Source of the DNA: Lentisphaeria bacterium
GTDB lineage: Bacteria; Verrucomicrobiota; Lentisphaeria; Victivallales; UBA1829
Assembly: GCA_017963105.1 (NCBI GenBank)
Contig: JAGCTY010000175.1
Coordinates: forward strand, 51-64,050
Direction of reading: 5' to 3'
DNA: 64,000 nucleotides
Shown: positions 63,363-64,000 of the stretch, piece after piece
Position numbering within the stretch: position 1 is the stretch's first letter
How the letters are laid out: each line of letters begins with the position of its first letter
Notes under the pieces: generated by a model
What the model saw: the letters and a program-made list of their open reading frames with translations, nothing else
What the model was told of the DNA's origin: nothing
Databases searched by the model: none
Translations under genes and position numbers: made by a program

Positions 63363-63581
63363 GAAGAAAACAGAAAAGTTTGAGCTTTTTCCCGATACCA
63401 CATGGAATCCGTTGTGGGGCAGGTTCGATTTCGCAGGGGAAGGCTTAAACTCTTTTGCCCACTGCGAAACAGGCTCGCGGATTCCGTCGTCGAAGCAGCC
63501 TCGAAACGAGGTTAAAGCGCATTTTTTCAGGTCTTTTGGCGTAAATCTCTGATTTTTTTCCTGAAAAATAACTTTTTTCGC

Positions 63582-63610
63582 TTGACATGAGCATGGAGCG
63601 AGGTTATATT
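63582..63610 (+). promoter_or_regulatory. sigma-70 promoter (TTGACA-N17-TATATT)
   Basis: ttgaca at 63582-63587 and tatatt at 63605-63610, with tttttcctgaaaaa upstream. Confidence 0.6.
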
Positions 63611-63647
63611 TACATAACCATTCACCTCAACCCAGGAGGATTTTTCC

Positions 63648-63824
63648 ATGAAACACAGCTTCTACGACGTCAAAACGAAAAAGAAAGTCCAGGCCGAAGT
63701 GACCAAGGCCGTCAAGTTCGGCAAAGGCACTCGCACTCGTTATGCGTTCAAGGCCCTTACGAAGGACGGCCGCAATCTGACCGCGTTTGTGAAGAAGGAA
63801 GACTGGGACAAGTTCAAAAAGTGA
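63648..63824 (+). CDS. 58-aa lysine-rich protein (possibly nucleic-acid binding)
   Basis: Own translation: MKHSFYDVKTKKKVQAEVTKAVKFGKGTRTRYAFKALTKDGRNLTAFVKKEDWDKFKK. AGGAGGA lies 7 nt upstream, a consensus promoter lies upstream and a terminator follows. Preferred over the 80-aa track ORF in another frame. Confidence 0.65.
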   Translation: MKHSFYDVKTKKKVQAEVTKAVKFGKGTRTRYAFKALTKDGRNLTAFVKKEDWDKFKK

Positions 63825-63853
63825 TCTGATTCCCTCAGCCTCTTAGATTTGTC

Positions 63854-63887
63854 TGGCGCTCCGGATTCGTCCGGGGCGTCTTTTTTT
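63854..63887 (+). terminator. rho-independent terminator
   Basis: ggcgctccgga pairs with tccggggcgtc (11 bp including two G-U pairs), with loop ttcg, followed by tttttttt. Confidence 0.8.
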
Positions 63888-64000
63888 TGGTTCTTCGACG
63901 GTTTCTGACAAGAAAAATGGGAGATAATCGTGTTGAACCAATGAGATAGGGTTGAAAAAAGTCGGCATCGGTACTATTTTTGAATTTGCGACAACAAAAA

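Noticed and set aside
63587-63829. 80-aa ORF from the track
   Set aside because: It has no SD, and its start lies inside the predicted promoter. The overlapping 58-codon frame has AGGAGGA at ideal spacing and a coherent basic-protein sequence.
1-64000. Sigma-54 promoters (TGGCAC-N5-TTGC), since rpoN is present
   Set aside because: A scan by eye found TGGCAC at about 17530 and about 50190. Neither has a TTGC element at the correct spacing, and both are inside coding sequence. No credible -24/-12 promoter was identified.

Overview
High-G+C bacterial chromosome segment. The many prepilin-type N-terminal methylation-domain genes suggest a PVC-group organism such as Lentisphaerota or Kiritimatiellota, but this is inference only. 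The window spans the dnaA / candidate oriC region.

Positions 1-43,300 and 63,560-64,000 are housekeeping backbone. They carry valS, rpoN, a ferredoxin, rpsD, nagB, aroQ, accBC, Asp23-family genes and an MsbA-like ABC exporter. A tightly packed minus-strand operon (nagA, two rRNA-methyltransferase-like genes, mutY, waaG) ends at the dnaA upstream region. Downstream lie dnaA, mrp, a PtsN-like EIIA, a pseudopilin operon, a zinc-ribbon Ser/Thr kinase homologue with degraded catalytic motifs, lemA plus a TPM-domain gene, an NYN-CSD gene, mlaEFD and tRNA-Gln.

Positions 43,360-58,531 are a roughly 15.1 kb integrative element inserted in a tRNA(CAT) gene. It is bounded by a perfect 51-bp direct repeat that starts at the anticodon loop, and it carries a tyrosine integrase and an excisionase-like HTH gene. 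It also carries a free-standing group-II-intron-type reverse transcriptase and a translationally coupled operon (beta-clamp homologue, Cas4-like nuclease, DUF932-like protein). A secreted Sel1-repeat protein with two paralogous small membrane proteins completes its cargo.

Immediately beyond attR (58,532 to about 63,550) lies a second, very AT-rich islet. I read it as a RiPP-like cluster and rate it the most interesting candidate for an undescribed system. It holds a strongly signalled 25-codon Cys-rich ORF, a SAM methyltransferase, a frameshifted RRE-radical-SAM-SPASM gene and a B12-binding radical SAM gene.

Many long ORFs in the supplied track are antisense artefacts of the G+C-rich backbone and were not annotated. 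Several real genes are missing from the track: valS (no stop codon inside the window) and three ORFs under 60 codons. All functional calls rest on motif recognition by eye; no database search was run.
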